Shown: positions 1 to 11,395 of the stretch, piece by piece | How positions within the stretch are numbered: position 1 is the first letter of the stretch | Layout: each line of letters opens with the position of its first letter | Assembly: GCA_002245135.1 (NCBI GenBank) | Contig: NGBS01000337.1 | Coordinates: 1-57,920 of the forward strand | Source: Proteromonas lacertae | Taxonomy: Eukaryota | Length of the DNA stretch: 57,920 nucleotides | Direction of reading: 5' to 3' | Position numbers and translations under genes: made by a program | The notes under the pieces: generated by a model | Database searches by the model: none | What the model was told of the DNA's origin: nothing | The model's input: only the letters and a program-made list of their open reading frames with translations

Positions 1-39
1 TGGTCTTCCTGATTGATTCTTAATATTATCCAAGTCTTT
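1..39 (-). pseudogene. 3' continuation of element B major capsid gene (runs off window start)
   Basis: Minus strand reads KDLDNIKNQSGRP, continuing FFEILNFGSKD from the other side of element A; compare RDLDNIKNQAGRP in MCP A. Confidence 0.9.
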
Positions 40-178
40 ATAATAATAGTAAATAAGGTTCTGGCACACCGAGCCGTATGACTCGGGCTCCTGGCACACC
101 AAACCAACTTTTTAAAAATACGTGACCTATGTCATATTAGGTAATTTATTATTTTTGCATTTTCTAGAATATTCTAAT
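40..178 (+). repeat. Left TIR of element A
   Basis: Near-identical reverse complement of 12590-12730; begins ATAATAATAGT; CTGGCACACC occurs twice (61-70, 91-100). Confidence 0.95.
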
Positions 179-185
179 TTCATAT

Positions 186-505
186 ATGGATAATCTAATA
201 AAAGAAGAAGCAGAAAATGGTTTTGATTCTTTATATGAAATGTGTAATGTATATCTCAATAAGAAAGATGATGGGACCAATGACTATCAAACATCAATTA
301 AAATAGCATGTTGAGATTATATTAAAATTAAAAGAATTAAATGAAGAATATCATTTAGGATTAGATGATATGGTATTACATCAAATAGGAAGATTAGAAG
401 GGAAAAAAAATAGCAAGTCAATATTTACAAAAAGAATTAGAAAAACAATTAAATGAAATAATACCAAGTTTAAACAATATGTTAAAAATCAAATAAAAAT
501 TAATT
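186..505 (+). pseudogene. Small frameshifted hypothetical ORF next to left TIR
   Basis: ATG at 186 (MDNLIKEEAENGFDSLYEMC...), coding-like sequence continuing in other frames. Confidence 0.3.
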
Positions 506-539
506 AGTCTTTATCATCTTCCAATCTGGTTTTAAAATA

Positions 540-977
540 TTATATATAGAATTTAATTCCTGAATTTGTATCGATTAAATAGAGATAATGATTTTTTATA
601 TATCTAAAATTTTTAATAGTATTTGCATTCAAATTGAAATCTTCTTCAGAAATATATGCAAAATCTTCTACATAGAAAGTGTCCAGTTTATTAATTAATT
701 TTTCTAAGTCTTCTATAATATCCAGTCTATAAGATGTTAATTCAGATTTGCTAAATGTGGTTGCTATTTTACTTCTGTTATATTTCAATTCGATATTTTG
801 TATGAAAGTTACAAAAGACTTTATTTTATCTCTTAGATCTGTTTTATCTTTACTACTAAAATTTTCACTTAGATTTAATTTATAGACCCTTCTACTTATA
901 TCATTTAAACTACTAATATAATTTTTAAGTACATCAAAGAATACATAGAATTCATATACTCTAGCAAAATTACTCAT
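540..977 (-). CDS. Hypothetical Polinton protein
   Basis: 145-aa open frame inside element A; no motif recognised. Confidence 0.55.
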   Translation of the reverse strand: MSNFARVYEFYVFFDVLKNYISSLNDISRRVYKLNLSENFSSKDKTDLRDKIKSFVTFIQNIELKYNRSKIATTFSKSELTSYRLDIIEDLEKLINKLDTFYVEDFAYISEEDFNLNANTIKNFRYIKNHYLYLIDTNSGIKFYI

Positions 978-1212
978 ATTTTTTTTGGTATTAATTAATT
1001 AATTAATTAGATATACTACTAATAGAAATTGTTCTTCCAATTCAAATCTGATCCAAAGAATATAATATAATTCAAGTAAAAGAAAGAAATATAAAACAAA
1101 AATATAAAATAATAAATATAAGTCGTAAAAGAATTGATATATAACTTTTAGAAATTTCTAAAAGAATAAAAATAATAATAAAAATATAAAAAATTAATTT
1201 TTAATTTTCTAG

Positions 1213-4200
1213 ATGAACCCTTTCATCCCTCCTTATTATTATTATTCAAACTTTAATTATTATAGTCCACCACCATTTGGAGCACCTTATATTCCTCCTC
1301 CACAAAATTATGGATTTAATCCCATGCCCATGCCATATCCAGGTATGGCACCTCCTAATATGTATGAACCACCTCCACCTATTCAAAATATTCCAGTAGT
1401 TAGAAATTATGTTCCACCAAGAAATCTAGTTACAAATACTAATCCTGGTTTCAATTATTATCCTGGAAATATAGGAGTAGATTCAACACCTCAAATTAAT
1501 ATTCCTGAACCAGGATTTGTAACACCACCTCCCAAGAGAAGATTAGATTTCGAAAACATAAGTCCTCCAAAAATACAAAGAAAAGGAGGTATGCAGGTTC
1601 CAATGCCTAATCCTAATCCTAATCCAAATCAACCTGTTGTTGTTGTTAATCAACCTCCACCAAATGCACAACAGCGTAATAGAGTAGCAGATTTAAATTT
1701 ATCTTATCAAGAAGAAAGAGATTTAAGAGAAGCAAGTGATATATTAGAAAATCATCCTACTAAATTATTAAAATTACCATATGAAAAGAGATTATATTAT
1801 ATGGACTTAATTCAGAGAAGTACAGATAATTATAGTAGAACATATCAAATTAACTTTTTAAATGATGTAAATGGTAAGGATCCAGATGCTGTTGTTGAAA
1901 TTATAACTGATCCTAGTAGTCCATTAATTACTAAAATAAGAGAATATTTAGAAGATGTTAAATATATAAAAGTAACATTAAGTTTTAGAAGTGGTTATAT
2001 AGGAGCAGACGATCCAGATTATAATAATCCAAATGGTAATAAAATTACAAATTGGGTATTCTTAGAATGTAGACCTGTAGTTATTACAGAATCAGAAATG
2101 AATGTTGCACATAAAATATTAAAAGATAGAATAAGAACAGAAATGGGACCTTTATGGCATACTGAAAAATCAAGTTTAAAATTTAGACATGTTGGTGAAG
2201 TTGAAGTTCAATTAGTCAAAGCAACTGCTATGGCAGGTAGTGGCAAAAATAAAGAACTTCCAGATTGGATTAGAAATAGAAAATGTGTTATATCAATAGA
2301 TAATAATAAAGAAAATGATCAATTATGTTTTCTATATGCTATAGCAGCAGCATTTTTTCATGGTAATAATAATAATAAGAATTTAAATAGAGTAGAACAA
2401 TATAAAGAATATATTAGAGTTAACTACAATTATAGTATGTTATATTTCCCAGTAGATCCTATTAAACATAAAAAACAAATTCATGAATTTGAAACAATAA
2501 ATCATATAACATTAAATATATTCAAAATAACAGATAAAGAAGTAGTTCCTATATATGTAACACATATAGATAAGTTCAATAATTATCCACATGTAAATTT
2601 ATTATATAATGATAAACATTATTCTACTATTACAAAATTAAATGTAATATTAATACCTAAAGGAAAGAAGTGTAAAAATGGTTATCCTAGATGTAATTAT
2701 TGCTTTGCTTTATTATCAACAGATGAAAAAAGAATACAACATGAAAAATATAATTGTCAACAACATAAAGGTATTATAAGAAATTTCCCTGAGAAAAATA
2801 TTCAATTAGAATTTAAGAACTTTAAATATATGCAACTAATACCTATAGTAATATATTGGGATACTGAAGTTTATCAGGAGAAAGTAACAGATCCAATTTT
2901 AAATGAGAAAGGTATTTTATCAAAGCATATATTATCCAGTTGGTGTTTATATGTTGTATCAAAATATCCTAATATATATCCTAATAAAATTGAGTATGAT
3001 TTTAAAACACCTAAAGATAATGAAACAGATTTAGAGGATAGATTAATAGCTAAATTTATGGAAATACAAAAAGAAATATTAGATTTATATGAAGAAAAAT
3101 TAAAAAATCCTGAAAAAATGATAGGATATAATAGAGAAGATCCTAAAAATAAATTGAATTATTGCATATACTGTAAAGAACCATTTGATTATAGGAATAA
3201 GAATAAGAAACCTGTATTACACCACGACCACTTTAGCGGACAATATATAGGTAGAATATGTAATAATTGTAACTTCCATGTATGTTTAAATAATATGCCA
3301 ATCCCTTGTATTGCTCATAATTCCAAAAATTATGACAATAATTTCATTATTAGAGGATTGTCCAGATGGGATAATAAGTTAAGAGATGAATTTTGTAAAG
3401 AAAATAATATTGATCCTAATGTAAATTATGCTTCAGATACTGAATCTGATAGTGATACTGAAGAAGAAGATGATAATACTAATTCTATTCCTGTTCCACA
3501 TCAAGATAGTGATACATTTACTCCATTACCTCCTTATACTAATGGCTTTATAACAGCAAATAAAATAAAAGATTATGTGAAAAATTTAAGAAAAGAAAAA
3601 CAAGAAGATAAAGAAGATAATAAAAATAATTTCAGTATGAGTCCATTACATGATTCTTTAAGTGATATGGAAACTCAAGAAGCTGAAAGTGAAGTAATTC
3701 AAATTAATAATGAAGAAGTTAATGCATTGTTAGAATTAGAAGAAATGTTAAGAAGGGATAGTCCTAGAAATGCAGAAGATGTTATAGATGAAATAGATGA
3801 ACAATCTGCTTATAGAATTATTAAATGTAAAGATGGCAAAATAAGAAAATATAAAAACAAAAAACAATATAAATCACAGTTATCAGTATTACCCAAAACA
3901 GATAATAAATTTTTATTAATAAAGTTCAACAAATTATACTTTATGGACTCTTATCAATTCTTACCAAGTTCTTTAGATTCTTTAACAAAGTCATTATATA
4001 CTCAAGCAAAAAGAGATAATGGAAATTATCAAAAATATTTCAGTTATGTATATGAAGATATTTATAAAAAATATTCTGCTCCTGGTAAATTGGATCATGA
4101 AATGAATATTGATGCTTTTATCCATAAATGGTGTTTATCTAAAGGATATTTTCCATATGAATATGTGGACTCATTATCTAAATATTTCAATACTTTTGAA

Positions 4201-5280
4201 CTACCTCCCAAAGAAGCATTCTATTCGAAGTTAAAAGATGATAATATCAGTAACAGATGTTGAATATGCTAGTTGTCAGGCTTTATGGAAAGTTATTAGA
4301 TGTGATAACTTAATGGATTACAATTTATTTTATCTCAGATTAGATGTTCTTACATTAACATGTGTATTTGAACATTTTAGAGATGTTATATGGAATAATT
4401 TTACTTTAGATCCATTATGGCATTGTAGTTCACTGGTTTATCTTGGAGTATATTCCTTAAAAATTGTGATGTAAAAATTGATTTAATAAGTGACTCTGAT
4501 ATTTATGACTTTATACATTCTGGATTAATAGGTGGGATTTCTATGGTTGGTAGTATGAGATATGCAGAGTCTTGGAATCATTATCAACCTCAATGGCAAG
4601 AGAAAAATAAAAAGGAAGTACAGGATCCAGATAATCAAACATATATTATGTATATGGATTATAATTCTTTATATCCAAGTACTATGGCTAGCATGAAGTT
4701 ACCATATAGTGAATTTGAATGGATTGAACCAACTACTGAAAATGTAAAGAAAATATTATCATTACATTACTATGAAGAACAAAGAGAAAAATATTATAAT
4801 ACAGAATGGATTAATAAAAATATGTATGGATATATTCTGGAAGTAGATATTTCTCCTCCTAGTAATAGTAATGAAAGAAAAAAATTTGCTGAATATCCTT
4901 TGTTACCTGAAAGAAAAATAGTTGACTATGATAATTTATCTGAAATACAAAAGAAATGGGCAGAGTCTTTAGGATTAGTTTCAGAAGTTAAAAATAATAT
5001 TGATAAAACATATAAAGTTAAAAAGTTAAAGTCAAATGTTCCTAAAATAGTATGTGATTTAACAACAAAATACAACTATGTTGTTCACTATCAATATTTG
5101 AAATTTGCATGTGAAATGGGTTATGTTATACATCATATTCATAGAATTATCAGATTTAAAGAGTCTAATTATGCACATAACTTTGTAATGATGAATCATA
5201 ACTTAAGAAGACAAGCTAAGTTGGAAGGAAGGGATGCCGATGCTGATACTTTTAAGCTTATTCTAAATATAAACAAGTAG
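1213..5280 (+). pseudogene. polB: Protein-primed family B DNA polymerase (pPolB), two frameshifts, truncated in motif B
   Basis: ExoI YWDTE, EndoVII-like CxxC..HHDHFSG..ICNNCN, ExoII HNSKNYD, FMDSYQFLPSSL, KGYFPYEY, YLRLDV, motif A YMDYNSLYP; ends KLILNINK* instead of KxxxNSxYGK; frame changes near 4250 and 4430. Confidence 0.93.
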
Positions 5281-5927
5281 AAGCAAAAACTAATTATCAT
5301 TTGTTATCCTTTAATAGAATTAAGGTGCAGACATATAATAATGTAGCTATAAGAAATTTACAGAAGGAAGTGGTCCAACCATTAAACAAATTATATATTG
5401 GGATTATTAATCAGATGTATTCCGAATTCAAGAACGATCCAGATTTATTGGAGTTGATTATGAAGTGGGGAAATAAGCTTTATTTCAAGTTCCCTAAAGA
5501 AAACATGGAATCTCCTAAAGTTAATGTTTGGAGTTGGGATTCAAAAGGTTATAATATTATGGAAGGTAGACTTCATTGGTGTGAATTTGATGTAAGAATC
5601 AGACAATTTTCTGTGATTCAATCTAAAGATGGTGTAGGCAACTTTTATATTTATCCTAAATTTGAGTTGGATTCTAGTATTGTGGATTTAACACCATCTA
5701 CTAAACTTATAGAAGATGTTAGTAATTTAGAATCAGAATCTGGAATTGTAGCACCTAATAATTCTGCTATTAATGATGATGATGATGATTTAGAGAATGC
5801 AGATACAGAACCAACAACACCTAATTTGAATTTAAGTGTTAAAAGAGAAACATATGGTTCTGCTAATGATTTTAATAATAATAATAATAGACAGAATAAT
5901 GTTAACAAGAAGTATAAAAAGAATTAG
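5262..5927 (+). CDS. 5'-truncated hypothetical protein with acidic low-complexity tail (possible ssDNA-binding protein)
   Basis: Frame is open from the pPolB breakpoint with no ATG at its 5' end; aromatic beta-rich core then D/N-rich tail; function is inference. Confidence 0.5.
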   Translation, partial: SKYKQVEAKTNYHLLSFNRIKVQTYNNVAIRNLQKEVVQPLNKLYIGIINQMYSEFKNDPDLLELIMKWGNKLYFKFPKENMESPKVNVWSWDSKGYNIMEGRLHWCEFDVRIRQFSVIQSKDGVGNFYIYPKFELDSSIVDLTPSTKLIEDVSNLESESGIVAPNNSAINDDDDDLENADTEPTTPNLNLSVKRETYGSANDFNNNNNRQNNVNKKYKKN

Positions 5928-5981
5928 TTTAATTAATACTAATTATTACTAATTATTACTAATTACTAATTACTACTACTA

Positions 5982-6689
5982 TTAAAATGTTTCACCTTTA
6001 TAATTTCTGTTTGTATAAATATAACAAGTTTGAATAGGAATTTCAAAAATTCCTTCTTCTGTATTCATATATTCAATACTAAAATGTATATTAGTATGAG
6101 CAGTTTGTTCGTGTAAATATAAAGATCGTAAAATATTAGAACCTCTATCATTTACTATAATTTCTAAACCCATACCTCCACCTACATCTATTAAATCAAG
6201 ATATTCATTTAAACTATTTTTATATGATTCATTTGGTATATTCCAATCATCTAATCTTTTGATTTCAAATTTACCATAATTACTAACATCTTGATAGAAA
6301 ATAATAGGTTGTTTGATCTTAAAAAGTATAAAATTAGGATAAAAATCTAAATGAATTATGTGAGAACTTGAATAAGTATTACCAAAGTTCCAAACAGTAA
6401 AAGAGAATGAAACCATTTGTCTTCCACATAATGTTGGATATCCAATAGGAGTTAATCCTTGAGCTACATAACGTTGAATTTGTATCACATGTTTAGTTGT
6501 TGCTAATCCAATAATATCATCTTTCTTTACAACATCTTTAACATCTTCTTTAGATGCTAATACTGTAACATCTGGCATTTTAGTATTTTGTTCTTCAATC
6601 ATATTTTCAATCTTAGTTAATTCCTTACTTACTGCTCCTATATCTCCACTACTAGATACAGCTATTTTTTTTGCTACATGTCCAAACAT
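5982..6689 (-). CDS. Candidate fibre/spike protein (235 aa from ATG 6689)
   Basis: Follows the ATPase in the structural module; N-terminal coiled-coil with LASKEDV/VKKDDI/LATTKHV repeats, beta-rich C-terminal domain. Confidence 0.45.
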   Translation of the reverse strand: MFGHVAKKIAVSSSGDIGAVSKELTKIENMIEEQNTKMPDVTVLASKEDVKDVVKKDDIIGLATTKHVIQIQRYVAQGLTPIGYPTLCGRQMVSFSFTVWNFGNTYSSSHIIHLDFYPNFILFKIKQPIIFYQDVSNYGKFEIKRLDDWNIPNESYKNSLNEYLDLIDVGGGMGLEIIVNDRGSNILRSLYLHEQTAHTNIHFSIEYMNTEEGIFEIPIQTCYIYTNRNYKGETF

Positions 6690-6774
6690 ATTTATGTTAT
6701 ATTGGCAATAAGAAAAAATAAATAAAAATAAAATAAAAATAATAAAAAACATTATTATTAAATAATAACATATA

Positions 6775-7588
6775 TTATTCACTATCAGAATTATTATTAG
6801 AAATATCAGTATCAGTATTATCACTATCACTAATATCACTATTAATATTATTAAATTTTAAATCAAAATTAATTCTAAATTCATGCGTTACATTATCTAT
6901 GTATAAGAAAGAATGATTGTTATAAGTAGTAGCTGTTTTATAAAGATCTTTGAACTTATTAAAATCTATCCATATATTTAAACTATGATATAAGTTCTTT
7001 AAATTAGCTTGGGAAAGATTCTTAAAAACTAAGCAATAGTCAAGTTGTAACCTAGAACTAGGTGTTATATCAGTTATATATTGACTTGAAATAATTACTT
7101 TACTTTTATAATGTCTATTAGACTTTAATAACTTTGAAATAGATCTATTGCATAAGTCATAAGATATATCATCAAAAATAAATATATTTTCAGGATAGTC
7201 AAAATTCTTTTTATCTACTTCTTTTATATTTTCTAATACAGCATCTAAAACGTTTATTCTTTCATCATCTACTATACTATCATAACAGTGATACTCTATT
7301 TCATTATATTTCAACATATCTGTTATTTTTTCATAAATTATATCTTTTGTTATTGTGCCAACAAAGAAGTAAACTACTTGATCACTTTTGGATAATAACA
7401 GGTGTTGAATCATATTAAAAATTAAAGTTGTTTTACCAGAATTTTTCTTAGCTAATACAAAAATATTGCAGAAAGGTTCTGAAAAGTAATCATAACCAAC
7501 AACAGATTTTTTACCCTTTTTCTTTTTTATTTTTTCAACAGACTCTACAGGGTTTATTGTAATATCGTTTATTTTTTCAAAGTTGCAT
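6775..7588 (-). CDS. FtsK/HerA-family (A32-like) packaging ATPase, 1-nt frameshift just after ATG
   Basis: Walker A AKKNSGKTT upstream of the track ORF, Walker B IFIFDD, RHYKSKVIISSQ motif. Confidence 0.9.
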
Positions 7589-7676
7589 TTATTTAATATA
7601 AGAAATATTAAAAGACAAAAAGAATAATAGAAATAGTCGATATAAGTAATATAAGAAGAATAAAGAGAATAGTTAT

Positions 7677-9116
7677 TTAAACAACACTAACAATACCACT
7701 TCCATTAATAGTACATAATCTACCTGTAATAATATAAAATTTATGACATATTCTATGTGCTGTAAATGCTGGATCTCCAGGACAACTAATTTCAAAAGTA
7801 ATTTTTAAATCAGCAGCTAAAGGTCTACCTGCTTGATTCTTAATATTATCTAAATCTCTTGAACCAAAGTTTAAAATTTCAAAAAATTTCTCATTGAAAC
7901 TTTTATCTTGTCTGAAAACATCATACCATGAGTCTTTAAAATAATCTTGTACCATCATATAACTATCATAATATTGCATTAAAGCATAATCTGGCTGATG
8001 AACGAAGTCGTTTATCATCCATCTAAATTGTGCATTTTCTGGTATACGTAACCATTTACTATCGTCTTCATCCCATGGTCTATAAATAATAAATCTTAAA
8101 AATGGTCCATTAGAACTATTCAATGTAAAACTATAATTGAATATTCCATTAGGAGAACTATAAGAAACTTGATGACATCTAAAATCATTGAATTGTATTG
8201 GTTTAGATAAACAATAGTTTTTAGTATTGTTATTGCATTGACTATCTTTATTATAATATGCATAAAATCTCATATTTTCTATTTTTATGTTATTCTCAAC
8301 AACTTCTGCTGTACTAAAAGTACATGTATTATCTAAAGTATTGTCAGCTGTTTTATAAGCACCTTTAAGAGCATAAGATTTAAATGGACCAAATTTATCA
8401 ATAGTTTGGAATTTAACACATATATACATACGTTCTGCAAAGAATACATCACTTTTCATTGCTGCAAATGTATTATAAAATCTTCCTAAAGGTATTTTAA
8501 CATGTAATCTAAATTCTGGCTCATTATCAAATGTATAATGATCTATCCGTCAGCATCTTGTTATTTTGATATTATTATTATCATGGTATTTGACAACTCA
8601 GCTTCATCTTCTGAACAACTTTATCTTTACATTTATCATTCCATTTTCAACTGTAATGCCATCATAATAATTTGCTTGATAATACTGATCTGGTCTCTTA
8701 CGAACAATTTCATCCATAAATATACGATATGGTTCATAACTATCATCAACTCTAACTAAATCTGTACCTGTCTGATTGCATATTCTGAATGAAGCAATAC
8801 CAAAACCTTCTTTTAATCCTTTAATAAAATTAGGATAACTATCTTTATCACTAGCTTTAGTCACCAGTCCATCCTGTTTACAGTACTTTTTAATTTGTGT
8901 AGTTCTAATAACAAGATCATACTGAATGTAAGACTTAGACAAGTTAATTATGTTATCTCCGCTTAATTCAAACTTTATTTCTTGAGTATATGTATCCCCA
9001 TTTATAGTCCAATCACTTGCTGAGCCAACTGGACTTAATTTTACATACTGATAAAAAGGAAGCATAACAGGTGTCTCTACACCATGTTTTTGTTCTTTAG
9101 GAATAGATAAAGACAT
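7677..9116 (-). pseudogene. Major capsid protein (double jelly-roll type) of element A, frameshifted around 8540-8610
   Basis: ~480 codons between penton and ATPase; EIKFELSGDNIINLSKSYIQYDL N-terminal motif; homologous to B and C copies. Confidence 0.8.
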
Positions 9117-9152
9117 ATTAAGCAAAGAAATAATAGATTAAAAAGAAATTAA

Positions 9153-10143
9153 TTAAGTTCTTTTAAAAACAACAATACTCATACAAAACTCTATATTATC
9201 TAAATTCAACTCATAACCATTTTGCTGTGTAATCTGCAAAATGATCTGACCATTACTATAAGTATTATTAAACTTTTTACTAGTATTAAAAATATCATAA
9301 TTCTGATAAGTGATAAAACTTGATTCAGGATTTGTTATTGGAATACTATCTAAAACATGACTATCTTGATCTATATTTACTATATCCATTCTAATTAGTA
9401 ATGGAAGTAACCCATATTAAAGTAGGTCTGAAAGGTAATTGAACTAATGGTAATTGTCTTTCAATATATCTTTCTTTATTATCTTTAATCATACCTGGTT
9501 CAAATTTAATATTACCTTCTGGATTATAACAATCAAAATAACCTTTCTTTGATATACCAAAATATTTATATGCTAAATCTTTAGTAACTATTTTAATAGT
9601 TTTAATCCAACATATTGGATAACTATATTTACCACTACTTCTAACAGGATCATATAAGACTGTTGTTTTACCAACTATTTGTAAGTGATTAGTTTGAAAA
9701 TCATCTTTATCATCTATTTCAAATACATCACCTATAAACATTTGCATATTCTTATCATCCTCTGATAATACTTCTTCATTATAAGGCATAAAATCTTTTA
9801 ATGTAATATCTTTGAATACAATGTTAATAATCTTAAGTATTTGATCTTGAGTATAAAAACCTTCTGGTATTTTAACTCCTTTATGTAATTCATCTCTATC
9901 AAATTTATAAGATCCATAACTTGGATTAACTTGTAAATCTATGAATATACTGAAAGTGTCATTAGTATCCTCTTGTATAGTAGGAAAACTATTAGGAATA
10001 ACACAGTCTTTCAATGAAATGTCAGAATAATCTTCATCGAATGCAGGTAAATGCAAAACTTTTTTATACTTAGTAGAAAACTGATTAGCAGAAGATACCA
10101 TATCAGAATTAAGGTAATAAGTACGATGTTCATAAGGAATCAT
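9153..10143 (-). pseudogene. Minor capsid (penton-like) protein of element A, frameshift near 9395
   Basis: YYLNSD, IPNSFPTIQ, IPEGFY motifs; colinear with intact B and C copies. Confidence 0.75.
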
Positions 10144-10252
10144 TTGTTTTTATATAAATGTGTAACCGAAATTGAAGAAATAAGCATAATAAGCATTATT
10201 AATATTATAAGCATTTTTGCACAATTTAATATTTTTAATTTCTGTTTATACA

Positions 10253-10891
10253 ATGAGCGTAGAAAATTCTAAGCAATCTAAAAAGGTTAATCTATGTTTG
10301 AATAACTTAGATAAGCATATAATAATGCGATGTTTCAGAAATGATGGTAAAATTAGATCTCCCACTAGAACTAAACTTTATAATTACATCTCTGGTATGA
10401 AGTCTGAACTCACATACAACGAAATTAGATATATACTACAGTACATTGATCCAGAGTATCAATGCGATGTAGAAGAAAGGCTTAAAAAAGGCTTATGGCT
10501 TAGAGACTTAAGTAAAGAATTCGCAATAGATGAGAACAATTTACCTCCATTCTCATCATCATCATTCATAAGAAGTTTTAATAACAAAGAGAAGAGGACT
10601 ATGGGTCAAAAAAGGATTATAGAAAACCAACAAAATATTCAACAACAATTAAAGAAGATAATTAATCTAAATGAACAAGTCAAGAAGATAATCCCATCTG
10701 AGACACTTATTAAAAACACATCAAAAGTAATAAATAGTAATTATAATACACTTTATTCTCTAAATAATAGAGAAAGTAATAGTAATAGCAATCTATCTCT
10801 TGATAGCATTAATGATATCGCACGTGATGAATGTTATATGAGTTACAACAATCTATTCAATGATAGTTTGAATAATGGTTATATGTATTAA
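10253..10891 (+). CDS. Conserved family ORF-X, divergent from penton
   Basis: LDKxII..FRxDGKIRxPT.KLY..ISG..LTYxEIRYIL domain shared with genes at 15063 and 55281. Confidence 0.8.
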   Translation: MSVENSKQSKKVNLCLNNLDKHIIMRCFRNDGKIRSPTRTKLYNYISGMKSELTYNEIRYILQYIDPEYQCDVEERLKKGLWLRDLSKEFAIDENNLPPFSSSSFIRSFNNKEKRTMGQKRIIENQQNIQQQLKKIINLNEQVKKIIPSETLIKNTSKVINSNYNTLYSLNNRESNSNSNLSLDSINDIARDECYMSYNNLFNDSLNNGYMY

Positions 10892-10974
10892 TATGTCTTT
10901 TATAGTTTTATTTTGTTTTTTGTTCAATTTTTTAAATTAAATTGTTCAATTACTTTTAAAAAACTCTGTTTTGA

Positions 10975-11250
10975 ATGGAAAACAATTATTTTAACATATT
11001 TCTAAGCGTCTTAGTCTTTATTCTCTATATTATAGCTATGGCATTGTGGAAATATATGAAATCTCACAATTGCTTACCTAATTCACAAGAGCTGTCAGAT
11101 ATGAGAGTCAATATGAATGAGATTATAGAGAGAGGTCTTGCTCATGAAGAAACTATCAACAATTTAAAAAGTCAGATTGAAATTAATGACATTTTGAAAA
11201 GCAAACCAAATATAAACTCAAAGATAGGTAGATATAAACAAACTATTTAA
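10975..11250 (+). CDS. Small N-terminal transmembrane/coiled-coil protein (ORF-Y)
   Basis: LSVLVFILYIIA hydrophobic helix; homologues at 16325/20071 and 54381-54617. Confidence 0.8.
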   Translation: MENNYFNIFLSVLVFILYIIAMALWKYMKSHNCLPNSQELSDMRVNMNEIIERGLAHEETINNLKSQIEINDILKSKPNINSKIGRYKQTI

Positions 11251-11395
11251 ATAAATATTGTTACTATGTTATTAAATTGTTTATATATTGTTATTTAAAG
11301 TTTTTAAAAATTTGGGTTATTAAAAATAAACAAAAATAAATTAACCCAATTTACGTTTCATATTTTCTTAATTATTATTTTTTAAGTTAATATCA

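Noticed and set aside
5930..5985. AATTATTACT/TAC repeats resembling an AGTAGT Polinton terminus
   Set aside because: No partner TIR or TSD; low-complexity spacer between convergent genes
6690..6839. Hydrophobic 50-aa N-terminus of track ORF 5982-6839
   Set aside because: Alternate-frame reading of the ATPase tail and AT-rich intergenic DNA; ATG 6689 is more plausible
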